From a virus, in the UHGV virus genome UHGV-0371537: a stretch of DNA of 64,000 nt. One strand, written 5' to 3'. Each line of letters opens with the position of its first letter. Within the stretch, counting starts at the first letter, position 1. Below are positions 44,380 through 54,948 of this stretch, one piece after another. The position numbers and the translations under genes are program-made. The notes below the pieces were generated by a model, which was not told where the DNA came from, did not search any database, and saw only the letters and a program-made list of their open reading frames with translations.

Positions 44380-47022
44380 ATGACCAGAAACGTCGAGAGC
44401 ATCTTTGGAGCGGTCGTAACAGCTCCGCACCAGATTCCATACACTTACACAGCAACGGGCGGAGAGAAGTTTATCTCCCTCCCGTTCTATCCTGTTACGG
44501 GCTTCATCACCATCAATGGGGGTGTTCAGGTTCCGACAGACAATTTCGAAATCGATGGTAACACTGTCAACCTGGGTCGAGCACTTGAGACCGGGGATGT
44601 TGTGTATTGCTTGTTTGACAAGATCCTGTCTCCAGAAGATTATGAAAACGGGATCCGCATCTACAAGTTCCAGACCGTTGGTAACGAGACCTCATTCACC
44701 CCAGACTTCACGACATATGGTGTGCAGTCTCTGTATGTTGACGGGAAGTTCCAGGTGCCGGACGTCAACTACACGTATTCCCCAACCAATGGTGTCGTTA
44801 ATTTCCTGACTGGATCTCCGGCGGCTGGTGTTTGGGTTGTTGCAGAAATGTCTGTGAAGCAGCCAAACATTTCCCCTCTCTTCGATAGAACAATTCAAGA
44901 AGTGGCCAGATCTGCGAAAGTTAAGGACTCGGATGTTGTTATCGCTGTATCCGGTGCTTCACTTTCTTCCAAGAAAGTCATCTTTGATAAAACTGCGCAA
45001 AGATGGTACTCGCTGTCAACCGGGTTGACTTCCACGGTGGTCAGTTTGGTTGATGGAATCCTCACTCACTCTTCAGGTACTGTTGATTTAGGTGCGCTGG
45101 CGGTTACTCGTGGCGAATATTTCACCATGTCTGAAACCTTCACAACCGGGTTCACAATCAGAGTGAAGAATGAGATCGTCAGCGACGGAACATATCTTTA
45201 TCGCTGGGCTGGTAGTTTGCCAAAAGTTGTTTCCGCTGGAACAACCGTGGACAACACCGGGGGTGTGAGTGCGAGTGCCTGGGTGAGATCAGATCAAAGA
45301 ACCATCAGCACCGTCAAGAGACAACTACAGCAATCCTACACGATGGCAGAATTAGTGGCCAAAACTGACATACAGTTGGGCGACTCTTTCCTTTGCTCGG
45401 ACAGGGCATATGGTGTTTATGACGTCGTTTCTTCGGTGGCTTACCCACCAAATGGTTATTCGAACGTAGTCAGCACAGTGAACTCCGGTTTGGTGTTCAG
45501 ACTGCGTGTGGTTGCTAACACAATCGATTTGGAGCAAATTGGTGGTAAGCCTCTCATCTGGGGAACCCAAGAAATCGACTGTAAACAGGCGTTGCAGGAA
45601 GCTTTCTATCTCTTGCTCGACTCCGAGAGCGCGACGGTTGATCTGAAGTCCAACAAATGGTTGCTGTCATCTTATGTGTTCAACGACGTCAAACAGCGCC
45701 GGAAAATTGTTGGTAACAACGCCATTATCTATGGGATGCCAGATGACGGTGTGACCAACTATGATTACCTGGTGAGTACTGCATGGAACTACCAAGACAT
45801 CGAAGGTGTTACGTTCGACTGTCAGTGGAACCCTCGTTATGCATGCTGTCTCCGTATCACTCATGGGTACGGACGATACGATGGCCTGACGATTCGTAAA
45901 GCTCGTTGCGCCATTCAGGTTGGTAAGAGCGAGGAAAGCCGGGTCAGCCTCAGCGAATTCATGTTCACACAACTTCGCACTGAAGAATGTGCGAAAGTCG
46001 CAATTGTTCACGGGCTTTATTCTGTGCTTAACATCAGCGATTCCATCGTGGCTTGCGGCGAGGGCGCTTTCTGGAAAACATATGACTGTACCGGGTTCAC
46101 CATCTATGGTGGTCGCGTATTCCTGATGAAATGTGGGGGCAACAGCAACGTCATCAACTTAGACAACCCTTATGTCTATTGCGCAAATACCACGGTTGCA
46201 GGCGCTCCATATATCGGTTCGTTCAACGCAGTGCAGTGCGACTTTGAATTCAGGACTCGCTTCTGCATCGTGAACGATACGACGACAGTTTATCAAGATT
46301 ACAACCAAGCAGTTGTTCTTGATTCTTGCCGAATTGGTGTATTCGCCAGCCTGGACTCTCGTGCGTTGAATTTCTTTGAAAGTAACGTCGGATACCGTGG
46401 GCAGCTCCGGATTAAGAACACAGATCTTCTGTTCGACACCACCGTGTCTCTGCCGCCGATCAAAGCTGGTGGGCATACCATCGTGGATATTGATTATGAT
46501 TCGATCTACATTCCTAACTTCAGGGGTCCAAAGATGGTCAGCTTCGCTGGTTATCCTCCGGTTCTTCCAGTCGGGATTGTGTTCCAGAACAACGTTGGGG
46601 CTGACACTCCTCTTTCTGGTAACCAGTTTGTGAACTTTTCTAACCCGATCATTGGCTTGGATTCTGATTCCTCTCTGCTTAGCAGCAACTGGAACTCGTC
46701 CACCAAGAAATTCGAATTGCCTCCTGGTGGCTTGAGTGATGTTACCGTCACTGTACGTCTGACATTGAAAGATCCTGCCACCGCCCCGGTGACAGCGTTG
46801 GTGGAATACAACAACGGCACAGCGATTGGACTTGCATTCGGGACAATCCCGGTTGGATCCAAAGATCTTTTGATCACTGGCAGGATCCGGGATCTTCGAG
46901 ATACAGCCCAGATATATTGTATCACGAGTTCTACAGCGGCGTACACCCTCAGCAATACCGGGGCATATGACTCTACTATGACAATTGAGGCCAGCATTCG
47001 GCCTCCGAAGACTAAAAGTTAA
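44380..47022 (+). CDS. tailspike protein, paralogue 2 (N-terminal extension plus shared module plus distinct C-terminal domain)
   Basis: Shared module VVIAVSGASLSSKKVIFDKTAQRWYSLS...GTYLYRWAGSLPKVV; start set to the ATG after the inverted repeat (ORF track begins at 44365). Confidence 0.75.
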   Translation: MTRNVESIFGAVVTAPHQIPYTYTATGGEKFISLPFYPVTGFITINGGVQVPTDNFEIDGNTVNLGRALETGDVVYCLFDKILSPEDYENGIRIYKFQTVGNETSFTPDFTTYGVQSLYVDGKFQVPDVNYTYSPTNGVVNFLTGSPAAGVWVVAEMSVKQPNISPLFDRTIQEVARSAKVKDSDVVIAVSGASLSSKKVIFDKTAQRWYSLSTGLTSTVVSLVDGILTHSSGTVDLGALAVTRGEYFTMSETFTTGFTIRVKNEIVSDGTYLYRWAGSLPKVVSAGTTVDNTGGVSASAWVRSDQRTISTVKRQLQQSYTMAELVAKTDIQLGDSFLCSDRAYGVYDVVSSVAYPPNGYSNVVSTVNSGLVFRLRVVANTIDLEQIGGKPLIWGTQEIDCKQALQEAFYLLLDSESATVDLKSNKWLLSSYVFNDVKQRRKIVGNNAIIYGMPDDGVTNYDYLVSTAWNYQDIEGVTFDCQWNPRYACCLRITHGYGRYDGLTIRKARCAIQVGKSEESRVSLSEFMFTQLRTEECAKVAIVHGLYSVLNISDSIVACGEGAFWKTYDCTGFTIYGGRVFLMKCGGNSNVINLDNPYVYCANTTVAGAPYIGSFNAVQCDFEFRTRFCIVNDTTTVYQDYNQAVVLDSCRIGVFASLDSRALNFFESNVGYRGQLRIKNTDLLFDTTVSLPPIKAGGHTIVDIDYDSIYIPNFRGPKMVSFAGYPPVLPVGIVFQNNVGADTPLSGNQFVNFSNPIIGLDSDSSLLSSNWNSSTKKFELPPGGLSDVTVTVRLTLKDPATAPVTALVEYNNGTAIGLAFGTIPVGSKDLLITGRIRDLRDTAQIYCITSSTAAYTLSNTGAYDSTMTIEASIRPPKTKS

Positions 47023-47079
47023 TTAACACAAGCCCTCTTCGGAGGGCTTTAACATGACTAAAACAACAGGAGATTCGTT

Positions 47080-49347
47080 ATGAATCCGCAATTTTCACAG
47101 CCGAAAGGCGCTGTCTCCAAAGAGACAAACAAAGACTCTATTGCACGCAAATTCGGTTGCAAGAAGTCTGAGGTTCTGTATGCCAAGACGGGCGCTGCCC
47201 TGACCGGTTACAAGGTGATCTATGATAAGGTCACTCAGCGCTCCTATGCTCTGCCTTCTAACCTGCCCGCTGGCGCTACCATCACCAGCTTGGCAGATGG
47301 TGTTCTTGTACATTCTGGCGGCACTGTAGACCTCGGAGCACTCGCTGTACTTCGGGAAGAGTTCGTAACTCTGGTTGAGAATTTCACTTCCGGGTTTACG
47401 ATTCGGGTCAAGAATGAAGTCGTGAGTGATGGAACGTACCTGTATCGTTGGGGTGGTTCGTTACCAAAGACCGTCAATGCTTCATCAACTGTTGCTGGGA
47501 CGGGTGGGATTTCTCCTAGTGCTTGGGTGGGCGTGGGAAACACTTCATTTTTGGGTGTTGACGGCGCAACATTAGTGGGGTATCAAAACCCTCGTTCAAC
47601 TGTGAACGAAACAATAAAATCCGCTCTTGATAAAATAAACATGAAAGTTATCTTTGCGGCGGATTGGGGTGTTAAAACTGATTCGTCTGATAACCAGGAT
47701 TCTTTGTGGTCCTTGGGTCAATATCTCTCTGCGTCTACGGAACCGCTGTACGTTGTATTTCCTAGGGGGATAAGTTTGGTCGGGTCACAGCAGTTTGCCG
47801 GGGCGTCTTCGCAAGGATATTCTTATCGACCCAACTATTTACGCCGCTCATGGGCGGACTTGTCCGCCGCTGGTTGGTTTTCCATCAGTGAGACTAATCA
47901 AAAGATCGTCTTAGACATGACCGGGTGGACTTTAAAACTGAACTCTGGATTCAAGCTCGGTTCATTTGATCCGATAACCGGAAATCCCGCACCCGATTCT
48001 CCATCAGAAGATTTAAATTTTATGGCGTCTTCTGGGTATATGATTAAGCTGTATCTCGCACCAAATGTGGAAATTTTGAATGGAACCACTGATGGTAACT
48101 TAACAGGTGCTATTTGGGGTGGTACTTATGGTCCAGCAGGGTATCAAGTCCCAGCATACAATATGTGGATTAATCAATCTGAAGGCGTTTACATATCTCG
48201 GCATACTTTTAAAAACTCTGCCGTTGACGGATTGTATCTTCAAGCCACAGGGAATAGAAATTTCCTAGACATTATCCCCAAAACCATTATCGACAACTGC
48301 ATCATAACAGACTGCGGTCGTAATTGTTATTCTCTCACTGGGGCTGCAAATGTTGAGATGAGAAACATCATTATAACCCGATCGGGTTCAAAGGCCAATG
48401 GCATTTCTACGCACGCAAGTGATCCGCAAGCAGGGGTGGACATTGAAGCGGAAGGTGGCAACCCATATAACATAACCTTCATTAATCCTAAGATCGTTGA
48501 TTGTGCTAAGAACGCTCTTATGACCGTGTCGGTGCCAGGAACTGTCAACGATGTGACTGTAGATGGAGGGGTTATTCACAGTTATTCAGAATTGGGCGCT
48601 GTGTTTAATTCAGGAAACTCTCGTAACATTAAATTCAAAAACGCCACTATAATTGGTGGGGTAATTGATTCTAAAAGCCCTGCAGAAATGGGTTTGGAAT
48701 GTTATTCATTCGAAAACTGCACGTTTGCAAACAGATATGGTAACACCTATGCAATGAATTATCTACTTTCTTTCCGAGTTAGTAAATTTGTTGGTAATAC
48801 CATTGATTTTAATATCCCCACCACTGGGGTAACAGCTCCGACCATCGTTATCAATGATCAAGATGGGGTTGCTAACGGTTACTCGTTAGAACGCTGTAAA
48901 CAGAATCGTATTATCCTGACCGGAAATGCTGCTAATATCACCTATGCCAACGGATTGGGGGGATTTAACTTTTTCCGCAATGCTGAAGTGTTTGTTGAAG
49001 CAGGGGGCATGACGGGAACAACGAAGATGTTGGTAGACACATGTTCTGCAGCGCCTGGAGGCATGCTTACAAATTCTGCTAACTTCAACTTTGGTGTCAC
49101 CATGACTAAAGATACAAGTCGGAATTTATGGTATGCTGCTAAACAATCTTATGTGGGTAGCGTACTGACAGCGGCTCCCACGGCGGCAGGCTCCCAGAAT
49201 GGAAGCCTGGATTTAGGGAGCGTGAATGGAAGATTTCGGACTGGATATTTCGATTCTGGGGTGATTGTCAGGGACGGAGTAACTGGTACGCATTATAGAG
49301 TGCGAGTTACCAGCGGTTCTCTGAATATTGTGGCGGATGAAAATTAA
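47080..49347 (+). CDS. tailspike protein, paralogue 1 (shared module at N-terminus plus beta-helix-like C-terminal domain)
   Basis: Shared module VLYAKTGAALTGYKVIYDKVTQRSYALP...GTYLYRWGGSLPKTV; Asn/Gly/Thr-rich C-terminal region. Confidence 0.75.
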   Translation: MNPQFSQPKGAVSKETNKDSIARKFGCKKSEVLYAKTGAALTGYKVIYDKVTQRSYALPSNLPAGATITSLADGVLVHSGGTVDLGALAVLREEFVTLVENFTSGFTIRVKNEVVSDGTYLYRWGGSLPKTVNASSTVAGTGGISPSAWVGVGNTSFLGVDGATLVGYQNPRSTVNETIKSALDKINMKVIFAADWGVKTDSSDNQDSLWSLGQYLSASTEPLYVVFPRGISLVGSQQFAGASSQGYSYRPNYLRRSWADLSAAGWFSISETNQKIVLDMTGWTLKLNSGFKLGSFDPITGNPAPDSPSEDLNFMASSGYMIKLYLAPNVEILNGTTDGNLTGAIWGGTYGPAGYQVPAYNMWINQSEGVYISRHTFKNSAVDGLYLQATGNRNFLDIIPKTIIDNCIITDCGRNCYSLTGAANVEMRNIIITRSGSKANGISTHASDPQAGVDIEAEGGNPYNITFINPKIVDCAKNALMTVSVPGTVNDVTVDGGVIHSYSELGAVFNSGNSRNIKFKNATIIGGVIDSKSPAEMGLECYSFENCTFANRYGNTYAMNYLLSFRVSKFVGNTIDFNIPTTGVTAPTIVINDQDGVANGYSLERCKQNRIILTGNAANITYANGLGGFNFFRNAEVFVEAGGMTGTTKMLVDTCSAAPGGMLTNSANFNFGVTMTKDTSRNLWYAAKQSYVGSVLTAAPTAAGSQNGSLDLGSVNGRFRTGYFDSGVIVRDGVTGTHYRVRVTSGSLNIVADEN

Positions 49348-49393
49348 ATGTGCTTAAGTTTTAGTTTAAGCTGATACCGTGACAACTGTAATA

Positions 49394-49416
49394 AAGCCCC
49401 TGAGTATGAGGGGCTT
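49394..49416 (+). terminator. rho-independent terminator after tailspike 1
   Basis: AAGCCCCTGAGTATGAGGGGCTT hairpin followed by ATTTCTTTC. Confidence 0.6.
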
Positions 49417-49445
49417 ATTTCTTTCTAATCCTCGGTTGGCTGTAT

Positions 49446-49454
49446 ACTAAATAT
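49446..49454 (+). promoter_or_regulatory. late-promoter-like ACTAAATAT upstream of the 1612-aa gene
   Basis: About 35 nt upstream of the ATG at 49488. Confidence 0.4.
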
Positions 49455-49487
49455 CTCTATAATGACACCTATCGATGGAGCATCAAA

Positions 49488-52400
49488 ATGCAAGAAATGA
49501 ATCTAAACCGTCGCCCATACTGGGATGACTGGAACCCTGAGAAGCGTTTTTCGCGCATCTTATTCCGTCCGGCTCCGATCAAAGTACAGACGCGCGAACT
49601 GAACCAGATGCAGACCATCTTCCAGGATCAGCTGGAGAAACTCGGGAATCATCTGTTCAAAGATGGCTCAATGGTTATCCCCGGTGGCCTGACGATCACC
49701 AACACAGCCGTATCGATGAAGTTCACTCTGGCTGGTGGCACTGAATTCACCGACCTTGAGAACATCGCAGAACTGTATGTTCTGGGTAAAGACAACAACG
49801 CCAAGGCGCGCGTACTGTCCCTGGAGCGCTATGTTTCGGAACCAGACACGATGTATGCCATCCTGGAGATGACAGAGAGCGGTTCATCTGACGGCTTTGG
49901 TGTCGGAGACAATCTGTACTTCAACACGTACGACGTGAACGATAACTTCATCCGTATCGGTTATGGCGTTGCTGCGACTGTCGGCGGTTCTATTGTCGCA
50001 CGTATGACCAAAGGCGTTTACTTCGTCCGTGGCATGTTCCTGGACGTTGAGCCAGCGACTCTGATCGTCGACAACGCATCCAACTCTACTTCACACCGTG
50101 TGGGGTTCAAAGTAACAGAGACCATCGTTACTGAAGTAGAAGACGAAAGTCTGTTCTCAAATGCTCAGGGGACTCCGAACTCTAAAGCCCCCGGCGCGCA
50201 CCGCTTCCGCGTGGATCTGGTGCTGTCTCGCTTCGGTTATGACGAAGAAGTGTCCGACTTCGTTGAACTGGCGAAAGTCAAAGACGGGCGCATTCAGTCC
50301 ATGGTGACCCAGTCCACTTACAACATCCTCGAAGACAGTATGGCTCAGCGCACCTATGAGACCAACGGGGATTACAACGTCTCCACTCATCAGATCGACC
50401 TGCGCGAACACCTGAAAGAGAACAACAACGGCGGCGTTTACACTCCGGGCGAAGGTGGTGATGCAAGCAAATTCGTGGCTGTCATGAAGCCGGGGATCTC
50501 CTATGTTCGTGGTCGTCGTATCGAGAACCTGGGCGAAGAACTGGTCACCATTGACAAGGCGCGGGACACCGATATCCTGAACAACAACCCTGTGGCTGTG
50601 GCGACGGGCAATTACCTCGTGTCCAAGAACTCCAAAGGGGTTCCAGTTATCTCTCGCACGATCCGTTACAAGTTCCTGAACGCCTCAAGCGCGACTCAGG
50701 CCACAGCACTGCTGATTTCAGCGGAGCGCTCTGGCGCCGAATTCCGTCTGTACATGCGTGATCTGGTTGTGACCGGAGATATGGGTACTGTCACCAAAGT
50801 TGCATACGAAGAAAGCGGTACAACAATGTTCTCTTGCGACCTGGAATCTAACCAGTTCAGCCAGAGTTCGGCGATTGACCTGATCTTCCCTCTGCCTGTG
50901 TTTGGGGTGAAGACCCTGGCACCTACTGGCACCATCGATATCAACTACACTGTCCTGCGTTCTAACAAAATCACGTTGAACGCTGCTGGTGCTGGCTCCA
51001 TCTCTGCTCCTTTGGGTTACAGCTTCAGCCCCGAATTCTCTCTGTATTCGGCGGCGAAGGCAGATGGAACTGCGGCTCAGTTCGATATCTCCTCCGGCCT
51101 GTCCCTGACGGGTACGCCAGTGGGTTCCGCTCTGCAGATCTCGCTGGGTGCTGGCTATGCCAACCAGTCCATCAACCTTCTGGCTCTGATGGTGCGCACC
51201 ACAGCAACGATCAAGACCAAGACTGCCACTGAAGTTACCGAGACTGTGACGTTCACGGCTGCGACCAGTGTGCAGCTTGGGAACCATGATGGGTACAAGC
51301 TGATCAGCGTGAAGAACGCAAGTGGTGCTGACGTCACTTCTAACTTCACTCTGGATGGTGGTCAGCGTGATGCTGCGTACTATCGTTCTAACCTGTTATC
51401 GGGCACTGGAGCCATTTCAGGGACGTTCACGGTGGTGTATCAGTATTTCGCTCACAGCTCTGGTGATTTCTTCACAGCGGATTCCTATTCCTCCATCGAT
51501 TACCCAGACATCCCGAACTATGTTTCATCCAGTTCCGGTACTGTGTATGGTCTGGCCGACAGCCTGGACTTCCGTCCTAAGATCACCGGCGGCGCTTCCG
51601 ACACCGACATGGTTCGCCCGAACACTGCTATCGTTCTGGATGCAGAGTATTATCTTCCGCGCATCGATGCTGTGTATCTGGCCGACAACGGCGTGTTCAA
51701 CGTTGCGCGTGGTGTGAGTTCCAACAACCTGGCTTCGCCTGCGATCCCAGACAACGGCATGCGTCTGTACGAATTGATGATCCCACCTTACACAGCGAAC
51801 ATCGACGACATTCAGATTCGTACCATCGACAACCGCCGTTACACGATGCGCGACATCGGTAAACTGGAGACCCGCATCTCCAACGTTGAGTATTACACCT
51901 CACTGTCTCAGCTGGAATCTTCAGCGATGACTCAGCAGGTGTTCGACCCAATTACTGGCAACCCGCGCTTCAAAAACGGCATCGCCGCTGATCCGTTCAA
52001 AGACTTCCGTCTGATTGACGACCTGTCTGCAGACTGGGTGGGTTCAATTGATACTGACAATGGACGCCTGCGCCCGTTTGTCCAGCAGAACGCGATTGAC
52101 CTGACGCCAGTCGGCTGGAACAATGTCCAGGACGGCATGGTCGTGTGTAACTACACCCGCGAGATCTCTGTACGCCAGGATTATGCGACCACGACTATCA
52201 ACGTGAACCCGTATGCAGTGTTCAACTGGGAAGGTTTCCTGAAACTCAACCCAACTACCGACTACTGGTTCGAGAACTACTATGTTGCTCCACGTGTGAT
52301 CAACGAAACGATCAACACACGCGGCGCGATCAAAGAAGGTTCTGTGTATGGCACATGGCGTACTGTGTCAGTGTCTGAACGTGTGTGGGAACCGCATGGT

Positions 52401-54326
52401 GCAGGCGGCGTTTGGTGGGGCTACCGCTACCGCACGACTGTGTCTACTCGTGACGTCACCACGTACACATACACCGACAAGACGACCACTACCCTGACTG
52501 GTGAGCAGATCGTTGAAACGCAGGTTATCCCTTACATGCGTAAGACGAACATCAACTTCGAAGCCACAGGCCTCCGCCCGTTTACTCGTGTGTATCCGTT
52601 CTTCTCTGGGCGTGATGTCAGTCCGTACTGTACTCCAAATGGCGGGACACTGGGCGGCGCGTTGAATACTGATGCCAACGGTAACATCAAAGGCGTGTTC
52701 GCGGTTCCTCAGAACGAGACTATCAAGTTTAACACGGGTGACAACGTCTTCCGTCTGACTGACAGCCCTGTGGACAGCAAGTCTGCTGATGATACCCTGA
52801 CCAATGCCGAGGCTGTTCATAAGTCCTTCGGTAAGAAACAGGGCATCCAGAAGACTTATGTCAACACTCGCGTCCTGGGATACACTGCGACCAAGTCTAC
52901 GGAAAACAAAACAGAGACGGTTGAAGTCGCGAAGTGGAAAGACCCAATTGCTCAATCCTTCATGGTTGCCACCAACATCGGAGGCGAATACATCGAAGGA
53001 ATTGAGGTGTTCTTCTCTACCAAGTCTCGCGATATTCCAATCACTCTGGAAATCCGTGAGATGAGCAATGGTCTACCAGCGACGACTGTGGTCACTCGTA
53101 AGACTTTGAATCCATCAGAAGTTTCCATCTCCACGGACTCTTCTGTGCCGACGATGTTCAAGTTTGATTACCCTGTGTATCTGCAGGCTCAGACTGAGTT
53201 CGCGATTGTTCTCCTGGCCAACACTCAGGACTACAACGCATACATCGCAGAGATGGGCAAAAAGAACTTACTGTCTAATGAGTTCATCGCCAAGCAGCCG
53301 TACACTGGTGTGTTCTTCACATCTTCCAACGGTACGACCTGGACTCCGAACCAGACTGCGGATATGAAGTTCCGTGTGTATCGCTGCAACTTCAGTGCTG
53401 GCGACAACATCGTAACATTTGATGCCAAAGTCGGTCCAAAAACTCGCCCTCTGGGTCTGAACGCTGTGAATTGCGTAAGTGGTTCTTCAACAGTTACAGT
53501 GTACGCTCCGGGTCATGGTTTGACAGCGGGTGAAAATGTAACGTTGTCCGGTCTGACTGGCGGCTGTGGGTTCACCCCAGAGCAGCTGAACATCCAGCAT
53601 ACTGTGACTGATGCGACTTTCACGACTTTCAAAGTTGTCCTCAGCTCGAATGCGGATTCCAACGGACAGATCGGCGGCGAAGCTGCTTCGTTCCTGGGTA
53701 ACTACCTGGTCGATATGTTCTATGCAAGTGTCACCAACTCAGCTCTGGAAGGTTCTGTGTTGAAACTGGAATACCGCTACCGAGATGCGACCTCCAACTC
53801 ATTCTCTGATTGGGCTGAGTTCGAATCCGATACGGACGCCCCATTACCGACGGAAGGTATCTACCGCCAGGTGGGCGACTTCCAGGTGCGGGCAACCATG
53901 ACGCGCAACGAAAGCAACGTGTACACGGCTCCGATGATCGATGGTGATGACTTCACTATCATCTTCAACACCTACGGTGTGGATCCGTTTGAAGACGTGT
54001 TCAGCTACGTGACCAAGGATATCGGCTTCGATAACCCTTGCACAACACTGAAACAGTACTTCGGTGCAATGCTGCCTTCTCAGTCTTCAATGACTGTGCA
54101 GGTCAAACTGTTGCGTGCAGGTCAGGAGATGGATGATGTGGCATGGGAAACTGTGACACCGACATCTCCTCTGGTCAACGACGGCTCTACGTTCTTTGAA
54201 TATGAGTACGACAAGACCGTGGACAGCACCAACCCGTTTGTTGGCCTGAAGATCCGCCTGCTGGTGAGAGGCAACCGTACAGCGCCGCCATCATTCAAAG
54301 ATTTCCGTTTGATTGCTCTGGCATAA
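49488..54326 (+). CDS. large virion structural protein (1612 aa), putative tail fibre or baseplate-associated
   Basis: Very long ORF between the tailspike block and the neck genes; Thr/Gly/Asn-rich beta-rich composition; no specific motif recognised. Confidence 0.6.
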   Translation: MQEMNLNRRPYWDDWNPEKRFSRILFRPAPIKVQTRELNQMQTIFQDQLEKLGNHLFKDGSMVIPGGLTITNTAVSMKFTLAGGTEFTDLENIAELYVLGKDNNAKARVLSLERYVSEPDTMYAILEMTESGSSDGFGVGDNLYFNTYDVNDNFIRIGYGVAATVGGSIVARMTKGVYFVRGMFLDVEPATLIVDNASNSTSHRVGFKVTETIVTEVEDESLFSNAQGTPNSKAPGAHRFRVDLVLSRFGYDEEVSDFVELAKVKDGRIQSMVTQSTYNILEDSMAQRTYETNGDYNVSTHQIDLREHLKENNNGGVYTPGEGGDASKFVAVMKPGISYVRGRRIENLGEELVTIDKARDTDILNNNPVAVATGNYLVSKNSKGVPVISRTIRYKFLNASSATQATALLISAERSGAEFRLYMRDLVVTGDMGTVTKVAYEESGTTMFSCDLESNQFSQSSAIDLIFPLPVFGVKTLAPTGTIDINYTVLRSNKITLNAAGAGSISAPLGYSFSPEFSLYSAAKADGTAAQFDISSGLSLTGTPVGSALQISLGAGYANQSINLLALMVRTTATIKTKTATEVTETVTFTAATSVQLGNHDGYKLISVKNASGADVTSNFTLDGGQRDAAYYRSNLLSGTGAISGTFTVVYQYFAHSSGDFFTADSYSSIDYPDIPNYVSSSSGTVYGLADSLDFRPKITGGASDTDMVRPNTAIVLDAEYYLPRIDAVYLADNGVFNVARGVSSNNLASPAIPDNGMRLYELMIPPYTANIDDIQIRTIDNRRYTMRDIGKLETRISNVEYYTSLSQLESSAMTQQVFDPITGNPRFKNGIAADPFKDFRLIDDLSADWVGSIDTDNGRLRPFVQQNAIDLTPVGWNNVQDGMVVCNYTREISVRQDYATTTINVNPYAVFNWEGFLKLNPTTDYWFENYYVAPRVINETINTRGAIKEGSVYGTWRTVSVSERVWEPHGAGGVWWGYRYRTTVSTRDVTTYTYTDKTTTTLTGEQIVETQVIPYMRKTNINFEATGLRPFTRVYPFFSGRDVSPYCTPNGGTLGGALNTDANGNIKGVFAVPQNETIKFNTGDNVFRLTDSPVDSKSADDTLTNAEAVHKSFGKKQGIQKTYVNTRVLGYTATKSTENKTETVEVAKWKDPIAQSFMVATNIGGEYIEGIEVFFSTKSRDIPITLEIREMSNGLPATTVVTRKTLNPSEVSISTDSSVPTMFKFDYPVYLQAQTEFAIVLLANTQDYNAYIAEMGKKNLLSNEFIAKQPYTGVFFTSSNGTTWTPNQTADMKFRVYRCNFSAGDNIVTFDAKVGPKTRPLGLNAVNCVSGSSTVTVYAPGHGLTAGENVTLSGLTGGCGFTPEQLNIQHTVTDATFTTFKVVLSSNADSNGQIGGEAASFLGNYLVDMFYASVTNSALEGSVLKLEYRYRDATSNSFSDWAEFESDTDAPLPTEGIYRQVGDFQVRATMTRNESNVYTAPMIDGDDFTIIFNTYGVDPFEDVFSYVTKDIGFDNPCTTLKQYFGAMLPSQSSMTVQVKLLRAGQEMDDVAWETVTPTSPLVNDGSTFFEYEYDKTVDSTNPFVGLKIRLLVRGNRTAPPSFKDFRLIALA

Positions 54327-54377
54327 GTAGTATTACCAAGGCGGGGGCAACCCCGTCCAACAACAGAGGATATTATC

Positions 54378-54629
54378 ATGCGTGGTGTAAAAGTACAGGG
54401 GCATGCATCGATGATGAGAAGTAGCTCTTGCCCTGGGGCTATCATCTGCACAGACAGTGCTGCTGGTTTAGCGGCTCTGAACGCCCGTCGAAATCAGGAA
54501 GAAAAGGACAGAATTATTGCAGCGCAGGCCGCGCAGATCGATCAACTGACGGCGACGGTACAACTCATGGCGGAGCACCTCGGGATTGAAATCCCTACAG
54601 GAGGCCAAGATGTCAACGTCGACGAATAA
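54378..54629 (+). CDS. hypothetical small protein
   Basis: 83-aa ORF overlapping the next gene. Confidence 0.3.
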   Translation: MRGVKVQGHASMMRSSSCPGAIICTDSAAGLAALNARRNQEEKDRIIAAQAAQIDQLTATVQLMAEHLGIEIPTGGQDVNVDE

Positions 54630-54948
54630 TATCATTGATGTCAAGTCCATCCTGACAGGAGTACTGACGGCGGCGATAGTCTCCGTGGGCTCTGTAGTTT
54701 GGATGATGGGTAAATTTGAAAACCGTCTTGACGTGGTTGAGCGAGATTCCACCAAAGTAGACCAAATTTTGACCAAGGTCAACGACATGAGCGAGAAGAT
54801 CGCTGTGCTGAACACAGACGTCAACTACGTCAAGCAGAATGTTGCTGAGCTAAAACTCAATAGCAGCAGTCTGTCCGACGACGTGCGCACTCTGCGGATC
54901 ACAGTCGCCGATCTCCAGAGCAACAAGGGGAACGTCAATGGCCGTTAA
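54610..54948 (+). CDS. small membrane-anchored coiled-coil protein
   Basis: Start set to the ATG preceded by GGAGG; TM helix ILTGVLTAAIVSVGSVVWMM followed by a heptad-like region. Confidence 0.45.
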   Translation: MSTSTNNIIDVKSILTGVLTAAIVSVGSVVWMMGKFENRLDVVERDSTKVDQILTKVNDMSEKIAVLNTDVNYVKQNVAELKLNSSSLSDDVRTLRITVADLQSNKGNVNGR

